Source of the DNA: a virus | Taxonomy: Duplodnaviria; Caudoviricetes | IMG/VR virus record: IMGVR_UViG_3300035696_000004 | Location: 128,001 to 192,000 of that record | Direction: 5' to 3' (one strand) | DNA: 64,000 bases | Shown: in pieces, positions 1-10,568 of the stretch | Numbering within the stretch: the first letter of the stretch is position 1 | Layout: each line of letters begins with the position of its first letter | Translations under genes and position numbers: made by a program | Notes under the pieces: model-generated | Seen by the model: the letters and a program-made list of their open reading frames with translations, nothing else | Told to the model about the DNA's origin: nothing | Database searches by the model: none

Positions 1-126
1 GTCAGCCGCAGCCAGATCCACCGGAGCTTCCATCACCAGGAGTTCTTCTTCTTCCATCGACAGGGTGTACATACCACCGACGGGAAGATGTGCGGATTCA
101 ACCGCGAGATTCAGAATCGAACGCAT
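1..126 (-). CDS. Internal head protein paralog, 5' part only (runs off the window)
   Basis: Read manually: ATG at 126 gives MRSILNLAVESAHLPVGGMYTLSMEEEELL..., preceded by AAGGT. Same MRSI start as the 200..1504 protein; acidic leader with AVE/SME prohead-protease-type sites. Confidence 0.75.
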   Translation of the reverse strand, partial: MRSILNLAVESAHLPVGGMYTLSMEEEELLVMEAPVDLAAAD

Positions 127-157
127 GTTTCGTTTACCTTGTATCGAGAGAGTGATT

Positions 158-182
158 GGGAGAGACTCATCGAGTCTCTCCC
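158..182. other. Intergenic stem-loop between internal-head paralogs (terminator or processing/stabilising hairpin)
   Basis: GGGAGAGACT-catcg-AGTCTCTCCC, perfect 10-bp stem. Confidence 0.6.
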
Positions 183-199
183 TCTGAAGAGGTGCTGGC

Positions 200-1504
200 T
201 TACTTCTTGCCGTATTGCTTCAGCGACTGTTCGCCGTAGGCCAGGAACGCCTTGGTGGCGCTCAGGGTGTACAGGGCAAACTTGACGTACGGCTGATCCA
301 CGATGTTCGGGAAAGCCGAAGCGATCTTCTGAGCCTTTTGGATGTTGGCCTTCTTGGCTTCGTCGGCTTCCTTGCCGGCGGCGCCGTCCAGCTTTTCAGC
401 AGCGGAGATGGCCTTCTTCTTCAAGTTGCTGGCGGCTTCCTTCGAGGAACGATAGTTCTTCAGGATGCCGGCGATGGCTTTCGCTTCCTTGGCCAGCGCG
501 ATGACTTCTTGCGAGGTCAGGGTCTTCAGTTCGAGTTCCGGTGCCTTGGAGCCCTTCTTGAACTCGGTCACCGTACCGCCTTGACCGGCCAGGCCGTCGA
601 TGTTTTCGGCTTGGAAGAACAGGACCGCTTTCCCGCCCGGGAGTTCGGGGGTGGACAGGAGCTTGGTGTTCGGACGCGCTTCACCGTGACCTTGGTCGGT
701 GCTGGCGGCGGTCAGACCGGCCGGGGCATGGGACGAGAAGCTTTCGGTCGGAGCAGCGCCACTGGTCGCGATGGCTTCCAGAGCGGTGACAGCGGCTTCA
801 CCCGCGGTACCGGCCATCGCCTTCCAACCGTTGAAGATTTCTTCAGCGGTCTTCTTCAGGACAGCCATGCCGGCTTGTCCGGCGGCGGAGCCGATGTAGA
901 TTTCCTTGACGATGCCGGGGCTGGCGAAGTTTTCCTTCTTGTCGCCGGTGGTCTTGGCGGCAGCAGCCAGCAGCGCATCAGCACGCTTGTCGAGGGTTTC
1001 GTAGGCACCGAACAGTTTGTTCCAGTGGTCTTCGATGAACTTCCAGGCCTTTTTCAGAGCCTCGATGATCTTCTTCCAGATGTCTTTGATCTGGTCGCCG
1101 ACGGCTTCCAGGGCGAACTGCGTCGCACGCGTCCGACTGGAGGCTGCACCGAAGTCTTCCAGAGCCGGCATCGGCTTCACGGACAGACCCAGGCGACCGA
1201 CTTCACGTTGTACTGCCACTTGGAAGATGCGGGCGCCGTACTTGTCGAAGCCACCATTTTGCAGGGCTTCTTGAGCGACTTCTTCCAGTTCACCCAGGGC
1301 GTCGACGGTTTCGCCGGCTTCTTCGGTGTTGGCTTGGTCGGTTTCGACTTCGACGTCGGAATCGTTCACTTCCAGGACGTCGTCGGACAGTTCAGCGCCG
1401 GTCTCGGCGACTTCAACGGCTTCAGGGGTGGAACCGCCTTCGAGTTCACGACGACGTTGTTCTTCTTCCAGGGCAACACCAAAACTTCTGCGAATGGAAC
1501 GCAT
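200..1504 (-). CDS. phiKZ-like internal head (inner-body family, gp93/gp162-like) protein
   Basis: 434 aa. Acidic propeptide with repeated A-x-E sites, then ALE|AVGDQIKDIWKKIIEALKKAWKFI, typical of this paralog family; Ala/Lys-rich; strong codon bias. Confidence 0.8.
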   Translation of the reverse strand: MRSIRRSFGVALEEEQRRRELEGGSTPEAVEVAETGAELSDDVLEVNDSDVEVETDQANTEEAGETVDALGELEEVAQEALQNGGFDKYGARIFQVAVQREVGRLGLSVKPMPALEDFGAASSRTRATQFALEAVGDQIKDIWKKIIEALKKAWKFIEDHWNKLFGAYETLDKRADALLAAAAKTTGDKKENFASPGIVKEIYIGSAAGQAGMAVLKKTAEEIFNGWKAMAGTAGEAAVTALEAIATSGAAPTESFSSHAPAGLTAASTDQGHGEARPNTKLLSTPELPGGKAVLFFQAENIDGLAGQGGTVTEFKKGSKAPELELKTLTSQEVIALAKEAKAIAGILKNYRSSKEAASNLKKKAISAAEKLDGAAGKEADEAKKANIQKAQKIASAFPNIVDQPYVKFALYTLSATKAFLAYGEQSLKQYGKK

Positions 1505-1613
1505 TTGAATCTCCTATTGCAATAGGTACAGCATTTGATTAATCAAGGGTAAAGGAACGACAGTACGCGCGCGGTACTTACAACAAGCGATGGTTCTAAA
1601 ACCGCTATAGTAT

Positions 1614-2219
1614 TTAGTCACGCACCCCGAAGAGGATGTGCAACGACAACAGCATGTCTTCAAAACCACCACATTGGGTCATCCACACCTGAATCAGGTG
1701 AAGGATGGAAAGACCTTCGGACTCGCTAGCCACAAGCCTGAACACGTCTTTAGCGATTTGGGTGCGCTGCATGTCTTCTCCGGATTCGGAAGCGATCGTC
1801 AAGAGCGCCATCCAGGTCTGGAGGTCCATGGAGCGGTGTCCGGTCATAATAAACCGAAAGGTATCGTCCAGAAAGTCACGATGCAGTTCGGAGCAGGTCG
1901 GTGATGCCATCTGGATATCGTACCAGATCGGGACCAGGCGCTGACCAAAAGCCTTGAGCGCGACCTTAAATACGCATTCACGGAACTCGAACATATCCGT
2001 GATCAGACGGTTTTTCAAATACCGCTGATACAGCTGATCGAGCTCCGCGTTTGATTGGATTTGTTCCGGGTTCGTATCTTGGAACAACCGCAGTGTGGGT
2101 TCCACACGCCGGAGACGAGCCTGTGCAGGAGAAATGGGCTTGGGCACCTCACACGGAAGTGCCCTCCCAACAAACCCCCGCGGATAGATCTGTAGATCCA
2201 GAGCGCCAGGGTTAGGCAT
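1614..2219 (-). CDS. Conserved chimallivirus hypothetical protein (head module)
   Basis: ATG at 2219 with GGAG 7 nt upstream, overlapping the upstream gene's stop; lies between the gp90-like and internal-head genes. Confidence 0.65.
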   Translation of the reverse strand: MPNPGALDLQIYPRGFVGRALPCEVPKPISPAQARLRRVEPTLRLFQDTNPEQIQSNAELDQLYQRYLKNRLITDMFEFRECVFKVALKAFGQRLVPIWYDIQMASPTCSELHRDFLDDTFRFIMTGHRSMDLQTWMALLTIASESGEDMQRTQIAKDVFRLVASESEGLSILHLIQVWMTQCGGFEDMLLSLHILFGVRD

Positions 2220-3114
2220 ACTTTTGCTCCATGCGGGTGATGTCAGCATTCAAACGCTTGATGCGCTCTTCTGCGTACATGATTTGTTTTTGGACCGATG
2301 CGTCCGGCTTGCCCTGGGAGATCTTTTCCAGATTCAGCTTTTGCAGCTGGACCAGCTTCAGTTCTTCCCGAGCCGCGTTGTAGCGTCGAACTTGCATTTC
2401 GGCAATGCGCATCCCGAAGTGGAAGAACGGGTTCAGGACCACCGAGACGAAACCCATTTTCAACGGATCCACTCGGTTCATCCCGACCGTTTCCGGTACG
2501 GTGTGAACGTTGTCTTCCGTGATCTGGATATCCGGAATGGCTTCCATCTTCTTCTTGACGTCGCCATCCGTCCCTGCGCACACATTCAGCGCCGTCACGA
2601 AGTTCACGAAGTTCTGATCGATCCAGTCGTAATCTGCCGGCGCCATGGCATCCGCAACATTCAGTTCGGCATCATCTTGAGCCGATGCGGTTTCCATGAC
2701 GAACGTATAGATCAAGAAGCGACGCGCGTAACGCGCCACGAAACCCGAGAACTCGACGTATTGAAGGAGCTGTGCCTTCATGAACGTCAAGCCACTAGCC
2801 GCGGTAGTCGGGGTGAAGACCTGTTCAGCCAGATGCTCCACATCGATCAGGTTCCGCAGCACTTCGGGTAGCAGCGAATCGATCGTATTGATGATGTTGC
2901 CGCTCTTCTTGTTGATCAGGGAGTTGAACGAGCCGATCTTTATTTCCATCTGCTCGGACTTGAACTTCCAGGACTTGAGCAGCGGTAGCGCGACCCGGCT
3001 GTAAGCGGGAATCGTTTCCTTCTCGAGTTCTGCTTTGATCTTGATGATCTCGCCGAGGATCTCATCCTTTTCGAGCATCGGAACCAAAGACTTCACGAAT
3101 TTATCGATTTTCAT
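2212..3114 (-). CDS. Virion/head structural protein, phiKZ gp90-like
   Basis: ~300 aa, coiled-coil C-terminus; synteny in the gp84-gp93-like block; AAGGT upstream of ATG 3114. Confidence 0.65.
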   Translation of the reverse strand: MKIDKFVKSLVPMLEKDEILGEIIKIKAELEKETIPAYSRVALPLLKSWKFKSEQMEIKIGSFNSLINKKSGNIINTIDSLLPEVLRNLIDVEHLAEQVFTPTTAASGLTFMKAQLLQYVEFSGFVARYARRFLIYTFVMETASAQDDAELNVADAMAPADYDWIDQNFVNFVTALNVCAGTDGDVKKKMEAIPDIQITEDNVHTVPETVGMNRVDPLKMGFVSVVLNPFFHFGMRIAEMQVRRYNAAREELKLVQLQKLNLEKISQGKPDASVQKQIMYAEERIKRLNADITRMEQKYA

Positions 3115-3130
3115 TTGCACTTACCTTGTA

Positions 3131-4459
3131 TCACAGGGCCGGACTGTGACCCAGACTGTAGGCCTTCAGAATGTCCGATACATCCGGACCCGAGGATTTC
3201 GCGCTCATCTTGAGTTCACGGGACGACACTTCGGTCTTCTCGTTGATACCGCGAGAATAGAACGTGATGCGGTCCAGGCTCTTGTCGATGACGACGATGA
3301 ACATGAGCGACGTCGGTTCGAATAGCTTTTCACGAACCTTGAAGTCCTTGATCTGACCGTTGATTTCCAGTTCGATCTTGGCCTTGGTCGTTTCGGACAT
3401 GATGACCATATTCGAAGCCGTCGCGACGGACGGGTTGCCAGAGACCAGGGTAGCGAGTTGGTTGGCACGCTTACGCATCAGGATGTTGGTGTACGCACCA
3501 TCCTTGTCAGCCATCAAATGGCGACGGTGTGCTTCGATCACGTCCAAGCAGAGCACGATGTCACGGATGAAGGCCAGGCGGCCCGACTTCCAACCATGGT
3601 AACGTTCATGCGCGCTCGTATCCTTGCTGGAACTGGATAAATTATGAACCAACGATTCAGAAGGAAGCGAACTCGTGACCAGACGAACCGAAACAGGGAT
3701 CGTGGTACTCTGATTCCCGTCCTTCAATTCGACAGCCAGCATCTTGCCGACGGCGAGGTTGGAGAGTTCCTTGAGGGATGCCAGCGTATCGCGACCAAAC
3801 GAGACACCTTGGTCGTGACCGTACATCGCTTCGAGGAATGTCTCTTTCTCGGTCTTGTTCCCGCTGTTGGCGTTTCCGGTGGAGCCTTTACCTCCGCCAC
3901 CATTACCGTTGCCATTGCCCTTACCGCCACCGAACATGCCGTTCGGAGGACCGCCAGCGGCTGTCGTGGCGTTGTTGACCTTCTCGGCTTCGTCCTGCGC
4001 TTTTTTCTTGGCATCGGCACCCGAAAAACGACCGGCATATTTTGCCGCTTGCGCGGCGCTCAACGCTTCAGCAGCGTAGGTGTCACCAGGTGTGGGAAGA
4101 CCGAACTTGTAGCTTTCTTCGGCAAGCATGTAGCCTGCCAGACTCGTCCCCGAGCTCATCAACGCATCGCCAGGATTGCGGTGCGGATTCAGCTTGTCGA
4201 GCTGTTTGATCACGTCGATACGACCGACCTGTTGCGAAATCGCAACCCCTTGCAGGTAGAAGCCTGCAAACCGCGAGAGCAACGTCTGCAACAGATCGTG
4301 CAGGCATTCTTCGTTCATGCAATCGGTGTCGATCAGAACGATAGGTTCAACACGCGTCGGTCTCGTGTAGTCGATGAGCGAATCCGATTTACCGCTCCGC
4401 CACAGATCGCCTATGCGACGCAGAGCACTGATGCCGATGGTGGCAAGGTCGAAGGACAT
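3131..4459 (-). CDS. Virion/head structural protein, phiKZ gp89-like
   Basis: 442 aa; recalled family motifs (DSLIDYTRPTRVEP, LDKLNP.R, RYHGWKSGRLAFIRDIVLC); synteny. Confidence 0.7.
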   Translation of the reverse strand: MSFDLATIGISALRRIGDLWRSGKSDSLIDYTRPTRVEPIVLIDTDCMNEECLHDLLQTLLSRFAGFYLQGVAISQQVGRIDVIKQLDKLNPHRNPGDALMSSGTSLAGYMLAEESYKFGLPTPGDTYAAEALSAAQAAKYAGRFSGADAKKKAQDEAEKVNNATTAAGGPPNGMFGGGKGNGNGNGGGGKGSTGNANSGNKTEKETFLEAMYGHDQGVSFGRDTLASLKELSNLAVGKMLAVELKDGNQSTTIPVSVRLVTSSLPSESLVHNLSSSSKDTSAHERYHGWKSGRLAFIRDIVLCLDVIEAHRRHLMADKDGAYTNILMRKRANQLATLVSGNPSVATASNMVIMSETTKAKIELEINGQIKDFKVREKLFEPTSLMFIVVIDKSLDRITFYSRGINEKTEVSSRELKMSAKSSGPDVSDILKAYSLGHSPAL

Positions 4460-4495
4460 AATGGCTTTCCTTACATTTCAAGATTGGAGATTTAA

Positions 4496-5590
4496 ATGAG
4501 TACGACGCCTATCGCTCTTCCGAATGTTTCTACAATACTGGGGTCGTCGACAAGCAGTGATTTGAGTAATCTCTTTCAAACACTGCCCTCTGGCCGGATG
4601 GCGACTCCAATCGGTGACAGTTTCTGGGGGATTAACCAACTCAGTCAACCCCCAGCAATCACCATCAACCGGGACATGCATGGTCTGGTGTTTTTCACAC
4701 GTCCACGACTCAACCTGACCAATGACAACATGAGTAACGTCCGTATCTTCACGCCGCTCATGAGCACCAACCAAGACAGTATTCAATGTGCGCTGCGTTC
4801 GTATCTGGATCCGACGCTGGCACTTTCGTCATCGAACGCGATTGCGTCTTCTGTCGTTGACCCGCATCAGGCCTTCATACCTATTCTCTCAAACCACATC
4901 TTGTCGGCAAACGGATGGCCTGATCTTGATGCAGGGACATTCGTTGCACACGAGGGGGTTTATAAAGAAACATGGAGTTTTATCGATAGCATCGTTCGGA
5001 ATTATTCGACATACGATATCACGGCCAATTTCCGCAATATCCCCGGCGATCCGATCACTATGTTGATCTTTTATTGGTTGCATTATGCTGAGAATGTGTA
5101 TCTCGGAGATATGTCTCCGTATACGGATGCGCTCTTGCAAAATGAAATCGATTATACGACCCGGATTTATCGACTCGTCTTGGACGCAACCAAGACCAAA
5201 GTCCAGAAGATCGGTGCCACAGGTGCAGCGTTTCCGATCTCGTGTCCCGTGGGAGCATCGTTTAACTTCGAGTCGTCTCATCCGGTCAATGCAAGTAATG
5301 ATCAAATCCCCATTACGTTCCGTTGTATTGGTGCCATGTATCATGATGACATGTTAGTGCATGAATTCAATCTGACGGTACAAGCATTCAATGCCGGGAT
5401 GAAAGACGCCAATCGAACCAATTTGTATACGCAGATCCCGATGGCGTATCTGAGTCTGTTCAGGAACCGCGGGTATCCTCGTATCAATCCGGACAATTAC
5501 AATCTCGAATGGTGGGTCAGTACCTCGGCTTACAACACGGTAGTTGCCAGTCTGAATTCATCTACCATTGCTTCCAGTGAAAACTACTAA
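4496..5590 (+). CDS. Virion structural protein, phiKZ gp88-like
   Basis: 364 aa; motifs HGLVFFTRPRLNL and IDYTTRIYRLVLD; co-oriented with the gp87-like gene. Confidence 0.65.
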   Translation: MSTTPIALPNVSTILGSSTSSDLSNLFQTLPSGRMATPIGDSFWGINQLSQPPAITINRDMHGLVFFTRPRLNLTNDNMSNVRIFTPLMSTNQDSIQCALRSYLDPTLALSSSNAIASSVVDPHQAFIPILSNHILSANGWPDLDAGTFVAHEGVYKETWSFIDSIVRNYSTYDITANFRNIPGDPITMLIFYWLHYAENVYLGDMSPYTDALLQNEIDYTTRIYRLVLDATKTKVQKIGATGAAFPISCPVGASFNFESSHPVNASNDQIPITFRCIGAMYHDDMLVHEFNLTVQAFNAGMKDANRTNLYTQIPMAYLSLFRNRGYPRINPDNYNLEWWVSTSAYNTVVASLNSSTIASSENY

Positions 5591-5607
5591 TCTCAATAGG
5601 TGGTAAA

Positions 5608-8562
5608 ATGGCTACGGAAACCATTAGTGCGTTGTTGAGCAATATGGACAATTACAAGTTCAACCCTGCGCTGATCCAGCAAGACATGTTCAGTCATTTG
5701 AACTATGTGACGAACGGCGATGTCACCATCGTTGATCCGAGTAACCCATTTGTATTTGCCATGGAGGCAGCGTGTGTTCTGACCGCAGGTTTCATGGCGC
5801 AGGACGAAGTCTTGACGCGACGGCAGTACCCGTCACTTGCGCAGACGGTCGATGATCTCTATTACCACATGTCGGACAAGGACTACATCAATCGCTTTGC
5901 CAGTCCGTCCAAAGTAGCGGTACAGTTCATCTTCAGTGAAACGGAACTGGCTGCCCTCCTGGTGGAAGATACCAGTACGGGGATTTACAAGATCGTTATT
6001 CCTCGCAATACGTACGTCACCGTGGGAGGCGCGACGTTCAGTCTCCAGTATCCGATCGAGATTCGTCAAATGCCTCACGGCGGCTGGCAGGTGGTCTACG
6101 ATACGACCACGGTATCACCCCTCCAGACGCTCTCGACCAACGTCATTGACTGGAAGCTCGTCAACAACAATGACGTCACCTGGATGTGGTTTGAAGTCGA
6201 TATGTACCAATTCGACATCATCACCCAGACGGAAAGTGTGACAGCAGCGAGTGCGGTGAATGTCAATGTATCGTTGACATCGGGTATGCAATATTACTAT
6301 TGCCGTGTCTGGTATCAAGATACGACGACATCCGAGTGGGTGGAAATGGCGACGACCCATAACCCACGCGTCTACGACCCGCTCACGCTGACGGCTGTCT
6401 TGCAGTTGGATTCAGGGACACTGAATGTCACCATTCCGGAAATCTACATCACGCAGTCTCTGCTGAGCTCGCATATCCGGATCGACGTCTACGAGACACA
6501 AGGCAATATCACACTGGATCTGAGCGTGTACGACCAGTCGAGCTTTGTGACGACGTTCTACTGGGTCGATACCAATGACTCTACGATTTACGTAGCGCCA
6601 TTGACGAAACTCAAAACGTACAACGCCTTCTCGGACGGGATCACTAATGGCGGGACAGACGCTTTGTCATTCAGTGATCTTCGAACACAGGTCATCACGA
6701 ATGCGATTGGTTCCCCGTCGCTACCGATCACCAACGTCCAGCTGGCAACCGCTGCGCAAGAGAATGGCTTCAATATCGTAGCGAATGTCGACAACATCAC
6801 GAATCGTCGATTCCTAGCAACGCGACTCTTGCCAGCACCAACAGAAGACACGCTCATCACTGCGGCGAATGCCAGTATCGAAACACTCGTAACAACGATG
6901 GCAGCCGCAACGAAACTCGCCAGCGTCGTCGATAACGACACGAGTATCACGATTACACCGGATACGCTATTCCTTGACAAGAATGGCTCCATCTCCCTGG
7001 TGCAAACCGCCGTCGTGAAAGCACTGTTGGCCATGACGCCTGAGAACAGAGCAATCGCTGTGACGGGTGCAGGCTATTACTACACGCCGTGGCACTATGT
7101 GGTGGATATGTCTGGGAGCGAACTGGATGTCCGTCCTTACTATCTGGATGGTCCGACCGCAGGACCCAAGGTATTTGTCGGTGAGAACGACACGACGTTG
7201 TTGACGGTGAGTGCAGATACCTACGGGATCTCCAGAACGGATACGGGTTACAAACTGACAGTGACGACGACGTCGAATACAGCGTTCCAAGCACTGAAGG
7301 ACGATACGATCTATGTCCAACTAGCCTACATCCCGTATGGCGAAACGACGTATGCTTATCTGAACGGTGTCTTCCAAGGTGCTACAGGGACCACAGGTGC
7401 TAGCGAGCGGATCTACACGTTTGACCTTTTGACCAACTTCAATGTGACGTCGGATGACAATCTCCAGTTGTCCAAGTTCACGATGACGGACACCACCGTC
7501 CGTACGACGGATTGCCCGCTGACTCAGACGTTTGAGTTGCTTTGGGCGACCTCGGCGACGTTATCGAGCACGTACACGAGTGACACCATTGACAACTACC
7601 TCGGTAAGTATCTGCTGCCGACGAACATCAAGGGCGTGACGCATGAGCAATTGACGATTGTCTTTGGTCAATCGCTTGATGCATTGTGGAGTACCTCTCG
7701 GACGACGGCTTCGTCAGTGACGTATGAAACGTATTCGGTGAATGTTCCGAATTACTGGAAGGAGGATGTTTACAAGGTTCAGGACACGGCCACGGGTAGC
7801 ATCATTGGATTCAACTCAGATGGTTCGATCCTGATGGAAAAGCTTCACTCTATCGGGGATCCGGTGCTGGACAGCAATGGAAATCAGACCTATCTGCATT
7901 TGGCTGGAGACACAGTGCTGGATGCTTCGACAGGACTCCCTGTTGCGGCGTCTGTAAGGGGGCTAGAACAACAGATTGATCTCATGTTGATCGATGCTGT
8001 CTACTGGTTCGCTACGGACTCCACAGCGGTCTCCTATCGGTCCGAACTGATCAAGACGTATCTCAGCTGGATCGTTACGGACTTGCCTGAAATCCAGAGC
8101 TATTGCTTGGAAGAGACGGAAATCTACTTCCACCCGCAAGCGACCCAGGGTCAGATCGCTGTATTGCCAGCAGGTGGTGTTCAGCAAGAGATCGATGCGG
8201 CTCAAAGTTTTGTGGCGAACTTGTATGTTTCCAAGTCTGTCTACAACAACTCGAGTCTGACATCGAAGTTGTCGTCTACGACGATCTCGACACTCGCAAC
8301 CGCACTACAGAGTGAGACGGTATCGATGAGTTCGATCATCGACACGTTGTCGGGTCTCTACGGGTCGGATGTTATCAGCTTCTCGATCTCTGGTCTCGGG
8401 GGTTCGAGCAACGACTTCAACGCTGTCACGGTGGTCAATGGGGAAACCCGTTTGAGTCTGGCGAAACGCCTGACAGCTCAAGCGGACAACACGTTGATTG
8501 TGGAAGAAGCGGTGACGGTCAACTTCATTATTTACAAACCGTCAACGACGTCGGTTAGCTAA
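5608..8562 (+). CDS. Large virion (probable baseplate/tail) structural protein, phiKZ gp87-like
   Basis: 984 aa, Thr/Ser/Val-rich beta-type composition; N-terminal VDPSNPFVFAMEA motif; synteny. Confidence 0.7.
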   Translation: MATETISALLSNMDNYKFNPALIQQDMFSHLNYVTNGDVTIVDPSNPFVFAMEAACVLTAGFMAQDEVLTRRQYPSLAQTVDDLYYHMSDKDYINRFASPSKVAVQFIFSETELAALLVEDTSTGIYKIVIPRNTYVTVGGATFSLQYPIEIRQMPHGGWQVVYDTTTVSPLQTLSTNVIDWKLVNNNDVTWMWFEVDMYQFDIITQTESVTAASAVNVNVSLTSGMQYYYCRVWYQDTTTSEWVEMATTHNPRVYDPLTLTAVLQLDSGTLNVTIPEIYITQSLLSSHIRIDVYETQGNITLDLSVYDQSSFVTTFYWVDTNDSTIYVAPLTKLKTYNAFSDGITNGGTDALSFSDLRTQVITNAIGSPSLPITNVQLATAAQENGFNIVANVDNITNRRFLATRLLPAPTEDTLITAANASIETLVTTMAAATKLASVVDNDTSITITPDTLFLDKNGSISLVQTAVVKALLAMTPENRAIAVTGAGYYYTPWHYVVDMSGSELDVRPYYLDGPTAGPKVFVGENDTTLLTVSADTYGISRTDTGYKLTVTTTSNTAFQALKDDTIYVQLAYIPYGETTYAYLNGVFQGATGTTGASERIYTFDLLTNFNVTSDDNLQLSKFTMTDTTVRTTDCPLTQTFELLWATSATLSSTYTSDTIDNYLGKYLLPTNIKGVTHEQLTIVFGQSLDALWSTSRTTASSVTYETYSVNVPNYWKEDVYKVQDTATGSIIGFNSDGSILMEKLHSIGDPVLDSNGNQTYLHLAGDTVLDASTGLPVAASVRGLEQQIDLMLIDAVYWFATDSTAVSYRSELIKTYLSWIVTDLPEIQSYCLEETEIYFHPQATQGQIAVLPAGGVQQEIDAAQSFVANLYVSKSVYNNSSLTSKLSSTTISTLATALQSETVSMSSIIDTLSGLYGSDVISFSISGLGGSSNDFNAVTVVNGETRLSLAKRLTAQADNTLIVEEAVTVNFIIYKPSTTSVS

Positions 8563-8572
8563 CGGCATAAAC

Positions 8573-8596
8573 GCCCAGAGGCCTAGGCCTCTGGGC
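8573..8596. terminator. Bidirectional stem-loop between convergent genes
   Basis: GCCCAGAGGC-ctag-GCCTCTGGGC; flanked by GGCATA and TATGTC. Confidence 0.75.
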
Positions 8597-8602
8597 ACTA
8601 TG

Positions 8603-10108
8603 TCACTTCTTGAAGAAGTTCCTGAGTTTCATGCTGAAATTCTTGCGCTTCGAGTCCGTTTCTTTCAGGCTTGCTTGGAAGTCGTGCATGGCCTTTTCAG
8701 CCGCAATATTCCCATTGCCTTTAATCTCCGAATACATCTTTGCGCAGAATCGCGACCCGAATGCAATCACTTCGCTCATGTAGTACATGTAGCTCAGCCG
8801 ATATCGATTGACTTGGTCATAGACCACGTGCAAGTCAATCAGGTCACCGTGGATCGCGTAGAGAGCGGCTCTCAACGGACGAGCATGCTCTGCTGGCATT
8901 CCCACGGCAGTCGGATCGGCAGCGGCGTTGCCAATGAAGATTTCAAGGTCTTCGATCGTCTTTGTCAGGAGTTCGACTTGACCAACCGACTTCGGAACCC
9001 AATCCATCAGTTTGATAAAGGCGCTATTACGATCCGAAGCACGAGCGGCTTGATTCAGGATGCCTTCTAGGGTCAGTTTCTTCGTGACGACCTTGCCTTT
9101 CAACGAATTGGCCTTGGTCACCAAACGTTGATTGACTTCTTGCAGGGTCAGATCTCCTCCATCGAACGATACCGTAATCTTCCCGGTGATCGAAGCGAGT
9201 TGCTTGTTCGCCACAGCGAAGTTGGCTTGCTTCTCATCATCCGGTTGGTTCTTCATGGATTGCTTGAAGATTGCCAGGATCGCTTTGACGCGAGAATCCA
9301 TTTGGACCAGCATCGACTTCGAGGCGTCAGCAAGTCGTTTGACTTCTTGGGTGTATTCACCTTCATCCAAGATATCATGCATCATGGCGTCGCCACTACG
9401 CAGCAGGTCACGGAAAGCGGTTCCCATGGAACCATCCGAGATCAACTTGTCGACGATAGCATCGATCGAGTTGACGTCTTCCGTAGCGCCTTTGCTATCG
9501 GCGATGGTCACACCGCGACGAACTTGGAACTCGACCTCACGCGCCGCATCTGCCGCCTTCTTGAGATCGACGCCCATGTCCTTGGCATCACTGGCATCGG
9601 TCTGACATTCCTCTGCGAGCTCTTGAGCATCCTTTCGGATCTCTTGAGCCATTGCAGCGACACCTTTGTCTTTGGTGGCACCATCAGCCTTCTTCCCGAG
9701 CATCCAACGGATGAGGCGGTAGAGAAGATACATAAGAGCTGCGGACGCTGCCACAATAGCAGCCCAGATCCCCCCGGTAATCGCTTCCAGAGAAACAGTG
9801 TAGCGTGTCGCGGTCGGTTCCTTGGTATAGAATCCAATCGGAGACCCGTGATCGAAGTCAGGGATCAGACGTTGGGCCTCCATCGCGAAGGATTGCGACA
9901 TACCGCCAGCTTTCAGGATATCGTCCAGCAGATATCCCAAATCCTCCAGGGCGTGACCGGCATCAGTGAAATCCCCCATGTCACCCAGATCGAGTGGTGC
10001 CAACGGAATACCGCCAGAACTCACCATGGAGCCGGATTCTTCAGGAATGAGGGTCTCTTCATGCTGGGTGATATCGTCCACCCAGGAATTCAAGTTCCCA
10101 TCAGTCAT
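8603..10108 (-). CDS. Head protein with cleavable propeptide, phiKZ gp86-like
   Basis: 501 aa; acidic leader ending SLE|AITGGIWAAIVAA followed by a hydrophobic helix, as in chimallivirus ejection/head proteins. Confidence 0.65.
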   Translation of the reverse strand: MTDGNLNSWVDDITQHEETLIPEESGSMVSSGGIPLAPLDLGDMGDFTDAGHALEDLGYLLDDILKAGGMSQSFAMEAQRLIPDFDHGSPIGFYTKEPTATRYTVSLEAITGGIWAAIVAASAALMYLLYRLIRWMLGKKADGATKDKGVAAMAQEIRKDAQELAEECQTDASDAKDMGVDLKKAADAAREVEFQVRRGVTIADSKGATEDVNSIDAIVDKLISDGSMGTAFRDLLRSGDAMMHDILDEGEYTQEVKRLADASKSMLVQMDSRVKAILAIFKQSMKNQPDDEKQANFAVANKQLASITGKITVSFDGGDLTLQEVNQRLVTKANSLKGKVVTKKLTLEGILNQAARASDRNSAFIKLMDWVPKSVGQVELLTKTIEDLEIFIGNAAADPTAVGMPAEHARPLRAALYAIHGDLIDLHVVYDQVNRYRLSYMYYMSEVIAFGSRFCAKMYSEIKGNGNIAAEKAMHDFQASLKETDSKRKNFSMKLRNFFKK

Positions 10109-10556
10109 TCTCGCGCTCCTTCAGGAGAAATTCCAGCTCGTTGGCCAGACTGAAGATTTCATCGTTCCATTTGTTCAGGAACTCGATCTCTTCCGGCGAT
10201 ACGACCGAAGCCACACCGATCAAGCTCGAGAAGAAGCAGCTGTTAGCCTTCTGGGTGATCAAGAAAGGCTTCGGGAAGGCAGCGTTGTAACGCACCTGCC
10301 AGAAACGCTTGGTGAGCTCTACCGCCCACTTGGTGTTGAAGACAGAGCCTTCATTGACGTAGTCGATCAGGTCGTAGCTCTTCGACATCCCGTTATCCAT
10401 GAAGTACCCGTGGATATCCGTCGTTTCAGCAGAAGGCAGACCCACTCGCTTGGCCGCGACCGTGGCGACAGCAGCCGCCAGCACCTTCTGGCGCTGCGAA
10501 GCATCTTGGACGAGCGTATTCAGGCGCTGGTTGAATTTGATCATAATCGGGTTCAT
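10101..10556 (-). CDS. Virion-associated conserved protein (gp85-like)
   Basis: 151 aa, overlaps the start of the next gene; synteny. Confidence 0.6.
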   Translation of the reverse strand: MNPIMIKFNQRLNTLVQDASQRQKVLAAAVATVAAKRVGLPSAETTDIHGYFMDNGMSKSYDLIDYVNEGSVFNTKWAVELTKRFWQVRYNAAFPKPFLITQKANSCFFSSLIGVASVVSPEEIEFLNKWNDEIFSLANELEFLLKEREND

Positions 10557-10568
10557 TCTTGTCTTCCT

